Shown: positions 60,966 through 64,000 of the stretch, piece after piece
How positions within the stretch are numbered: position 1 is the stretch's first letter
Layout of the letters: each line of letters opens with the position of its first letter
Source of the DNA: Macrotis lagotis
Taxonomy: Eukaryota
Reading direction: 5' to 3'
Length of the DNA: 64,000 nt
Assembly: GCF_037893015.1 (NCBI RefSeq)
Contig: NC_133658.1
Location: 742,210,877 to 742,274,876 of the forward strand
Translations under genes and position numbers: made by a program
Notes under the pieces: generated by a model
Seen by the model: the letters and a program-made list of their open reading frames with translations, nothing else
Told to the model about the DNA's origin: nothing
The model's database searches: none

Positions 60966-61639
60966 AAGGACCAAGATATTTGAGGAGATGATAAAAACAC
61001 ATCTGGCTATCATTAATGGATTCAAGTTACCCGCTCTGCACAAACTACATTAAGAGTACTGAAAGAACAGAAGGATGTTATGGCTGTTATGGCTGAGCTC
61101 CCATCCTTGATCCTTGAAAATTTATGAAGGTCAAAGAATATAAAAATGAAGTTTTCCCTCCCTTTCATTTTTTAAAATAGTATTCTATTTTTTCTAAATA
61201 TGTGTAAAGACAAATTTTAACATTCATTTAAAAATTCTGATTTTTTAATTTTCTTCCTTCTTTATCACTTTTCCTAAGATGATAAGCAATTCAATACAGA
61301 TTATATATGTTCAGTCATGTAAAACATATTTCCATATTAGAAATTAGTAGTCACATTAGTTATGAAAGAAAAATCAAAGCAAAAGAAAACACTCACAAAA
61401 AATGAAGTGAAAATACATTTGTTTTGATCCACATTGAAATTCCATCAGTTCTTTTTCTGGATGTGAATTGCAACTTTCCTCATGAGACCTTTGGAATTGT
61501 CTTAGATCATTGTATTTTGGGGAATAACTAAGTCCTTCATAGCTGATCATTACACAATGTTGTTGTATGTTGTATAGTGTCTGGTTCTGCTCACCTCACT
61601 TTGAATCAGTTCATTTAAGTCTTTCTATGTTTTCTGAAA

Positions 61640-61785
61640 GCCGCCTACTTTATAGTGCAATACTATTCCATTATATTCACATACCACAATTTGTTCAGCC
61701 ATTCCTCAATTGATGGACATTCCCTCATTTTCCAATTCTTTGCCACTTCAAAAAGAGCTGCTATAAATATTTTTGTTAAAATAGA

Positions 61786-61790
<5 letters not shown>
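61640..61790 (-). mobile_element. L1 ORF2 fragment
   Basis: plus-strand antisense reading ..HSSIDGHSLIFQFFATSKRAAINIFV.. is the marsupial counterpart of the human L1 antisense ..SPIDGHLGWFQVFAIVNSAAINI.. Confidence 0.7.
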
Positions 61791-61872
<82 letters not shown>

Positions 61873-61873
61873 T
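61789..61873. repeat. (CT)n microsatellite (source of fake ORF 61655..61876)
   Basis: direct read. Confidence 0.95.
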
Positions 61874-62599
61874 TAAAAAAATTTCTGTGGGAATTGCCTA
61901 GAAGAGGCATTGCTGGGTCAAAACTTATGCACTATTTGATTGCCCTTTGGGTACAGTTCCAAATTGCTCTCCAGGATGGTTGGATCAACTTACACTCCAC
62001 CAATAGTGCATTAATGTCCCAATTTTCCCACATTCCCTCCAACATTTATCATTTTCCTTTTCTGTCATATTAGCCACTCTGATGGGGTGAGGTGGTGCCT
62101 CAGAGTTATTTTAATTTATACTTCACTCATCAATAATAATTTAGACATTTTTATATGAATACTTGATAGCTTTGCTTTTTTAATCTAGAAGTAGCCTGAG
62201 AAAAAGAATTTTTAAAAAGAAATATAAAAGATCAACAACCACATTAAAAAATGTTCCAACTCTCTAGTAAGAAGAGTATTGTACATTAAAACAAGCCTGA
62301 AGTTCTCTACTTTATATCTATCTGATGGAGAAGGATGACAGGAGACAAGAATGGCAAATACTGGAGAGGCTGTAGGAAGACAGCCACACTTATGTACTGA
62401 AGGAGGAAATCTGTCCAACCACTCTGGAAAAGCACTTGGAATTTTATGCTTCCCAAATCACTAAAAATGTAGGGGTGCTCTGACCCAGTAATTCACTATT
62501 TGTTGCTGTGTAGTCATTTTCAATCATGTCTGAGTCTTCAGGTTCTGTATCGGATTTTTTTCTTGGCAAAGATATTGGAGAAGTTTGTCATTTCTTCCT

Positions 62600-62748
62600 C
62601 TGGGTCATTTTACAGATGAAACTGAGGCAAACAGGGTAGTGACTTACCCAAGGTCACACAGCTAGTAATTGTCTGAAGCTGAATTTAAACTTAGATCTTC
62701 CTTATTCCTGGCCCTGAATTCTATCCCTGATGCCACCTAACTGCCTGA
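62600..62748 (-). mobile_element. older tRNA-SINE/MIR-like copy
   Basis: ..gacttacccaaggtcacacagctagtaattgtctgaagctgaatttaaacttagatcttcc.. Confidence 0.65.
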
Positions 62749-63096
62749 AACCACTAATAGCCATATATAAACAAAGAAAGCAAATATGGGATAAAGGAGC
62801 TACATGCAAAAAAATCTAAGAGAATTTTTTTGTAGAAGCAACAAACTGGAAGGAAAGCAGGGACTGTCTTTTGCCTTTCTCTTTATCTCCAGCCTATAGC
62901 AAAATGTCTGGCATATAGTAGGAGATTAATAAACATTTATTGACTGATTGACTGAAAGTATATGCCCCCTGATTTGGAAATGGGTGAACAAATTATAACA
63001 TGTGAATTTGATAGAATGCTATTATGCTGTATGTTTCGAGGAATATTAGTAATTTAGAGAAACTTGGGAATACTTGTTTGAAATGATAAAAGGTAG

Positions 63097-63240
63097 GCAG
63101 CTAGGTAGCACAGTGGATAGAGCACAGGCCCTGGAGTTAGGAGGACCTGAGTTCAAATCTGACCTCAGACACTTAATAATTACCTAGCTGTGTGATCTTG
63201 GGCAAGCCACTTAACCCCAGTGTCTTAAATAAAGAATTAC
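63097..63240 (+). mobile_element. tRNA-derived SINE (subfamily of 35626)
   Basis: ggcagctaggtagcacagtggatagagcacaggccctggagttaggaggacctgagttcaaatctgacctcagacacttaataattacc... Confidence 0.8.
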
Positions 63241-64000
63241 AAAAAGTGAAATGATAAAAGGTGATGTAAAATCAGAACTAGAACAATTTACCCAATATCC
63301 ACAATAAAGTCAAACAAAACAATATTGAAAAATCCAGAACTTTGATCATTGCAATGACCCATCATTACTCCAGAAGACTGATGGGCCAAAATGCCTCCTA
63401 CCTTATGACAGAGAAGTGATGAACTATAGGTGGAAAGGGGATATATTTCAAGATTTGGTCAATATATTGATGTGTTTTGCCTGACCATACTTAACTGTTA
63501 CAAAGTGGGGAGTGACAAAGATGGAGTTAAAGATGGGGAGTGACAAAGATGGCTGAAAAAAAGAAAGTAATACTGATAAATCTTTTTTTTTTTGAGGCAA
63601 TTGGGGAAAAGGCCTTTTTTTTAAAGAAAAGAAAGACTCATGGAAAATGGGAAGAAAACCCCCAAACATTCCAGTTATAATTTATGCCGAAAGACATCAC
63701 TTGAAGAGGGAAAAACATGACCCTGATTTTCAAAAAGAGAAAGAAATCAAAGGGTTCCAAAGGAAGTCACTGTTTTACTATCTAGTCCACAGTTGCTCTA
63801 CTAAGAATAGCCACAGTTAGCCCTACTTCCAGTAAGTCTACATTTGGATCACTCCTGGTTGCTTTTCCTTATACTTCATTCACTCCAAAAACAGTACTTA
63901 CCCTTGACCTGTATTTGATGGCTCTGCTTTGCCAACCAAGCATTTACAACGGGCATTTAATATAGTTGTCCTACTTGTATAATTCTCATGCATTACTATC

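Larger units (their letters stand above)
7735..64000 (-). other. PARP4: PARP4 gene body (3' two-thirds, partial), minus strand: VIT and vWA domains, proline-rich region, C-terminal domain, 3'UTR; 5' exons (BRCT, PARP catalytic) are outside the window beyond 64,000
   Basis: 15 phase-consistent exons with canonical splice sites, collinear with human PARP4 residues about 620 to 1724 as recalled; several small exons remain unplaced. Confidence 0.8.

Noticed and set aside
62212-62418. ORF with tcttcctacag acceptor-like start, considered as a first exon of a VWA5B-like gene
   Set aside because: No donor and no similarity. The gene is PARP4, whose upstream exons encode the PARP catalytic domain and lie further 5'
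1-64000. Search for prokaryotic-style systems (operons, CRISPR arrays, defence islands, integrons)
   Set aside because: The sequence is vertebrate (marsupial) nuclear DNA with introns, SINEs and LINEs. There are no direct-repeat/spacer arrays or operon-like ORF clusters

Overview
This window is not prokaryotic: it is AT-rich marsupial nuclear DNA. The diagnostic evidence is more than 25 copies of a ~155-bp tRNA-derived marsupial SINE, a Mar1/MIR-type SINE ending ...aaatggcaaa(c/t)cactccag..., and many marsupial L1 fragments. Almost all ORFs in the supplied six-frame track are therefore spurious; many start at TTG or GTG, and several are just microsatellites read as protein.

The one real gene is on the minus strand and spans the whole window. 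It is the 3' two-thirds of PARP4 (vault poly(ADP-ribose) polymerase). I resolved 15 coding exons by splice-site consensus, phase continuity and close similarity to human PARP4 as I recall it; no search was run. In gene order they run: VIT domain (59.2 to 55.2 kb), linker, vWA domain with an intact MIDAS motif D-C-S-N-S (46.9 to 39.2 kb), an acidic exon (27.6 kb), a single 1,497-nt exon that is extremely proline-rich and internally repetitive (22.6 to 21.1 kb), and the conserved C-terminal MVP-interaction-type domain (21.0 to 7.9 kb). The stop codon is at 7907..7909. The BRCT and PARP-catalytic exons must lie beyond 64 kb. Several small exons remain unplaced (between F and G, between H and W, and possibly a short piece 5' of exon C).

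Introns are packed with SINEs, eleven L1 fragments, an RTE/BovB-like RT fragment, MIR relics and about fourteen microsatellites. Many SINEs have intact target-site duplications (TSDs), so they are young insertions.

I see no evidence of a hidden or novel system. The most notable feature is the lineage-specific expansion of the proline-rich coding repeat in PARP4, together with a few smaller oddities listed under findings. All coordinates were derived by hand and may be off by a few nt. Repeat boundaries are approximate.
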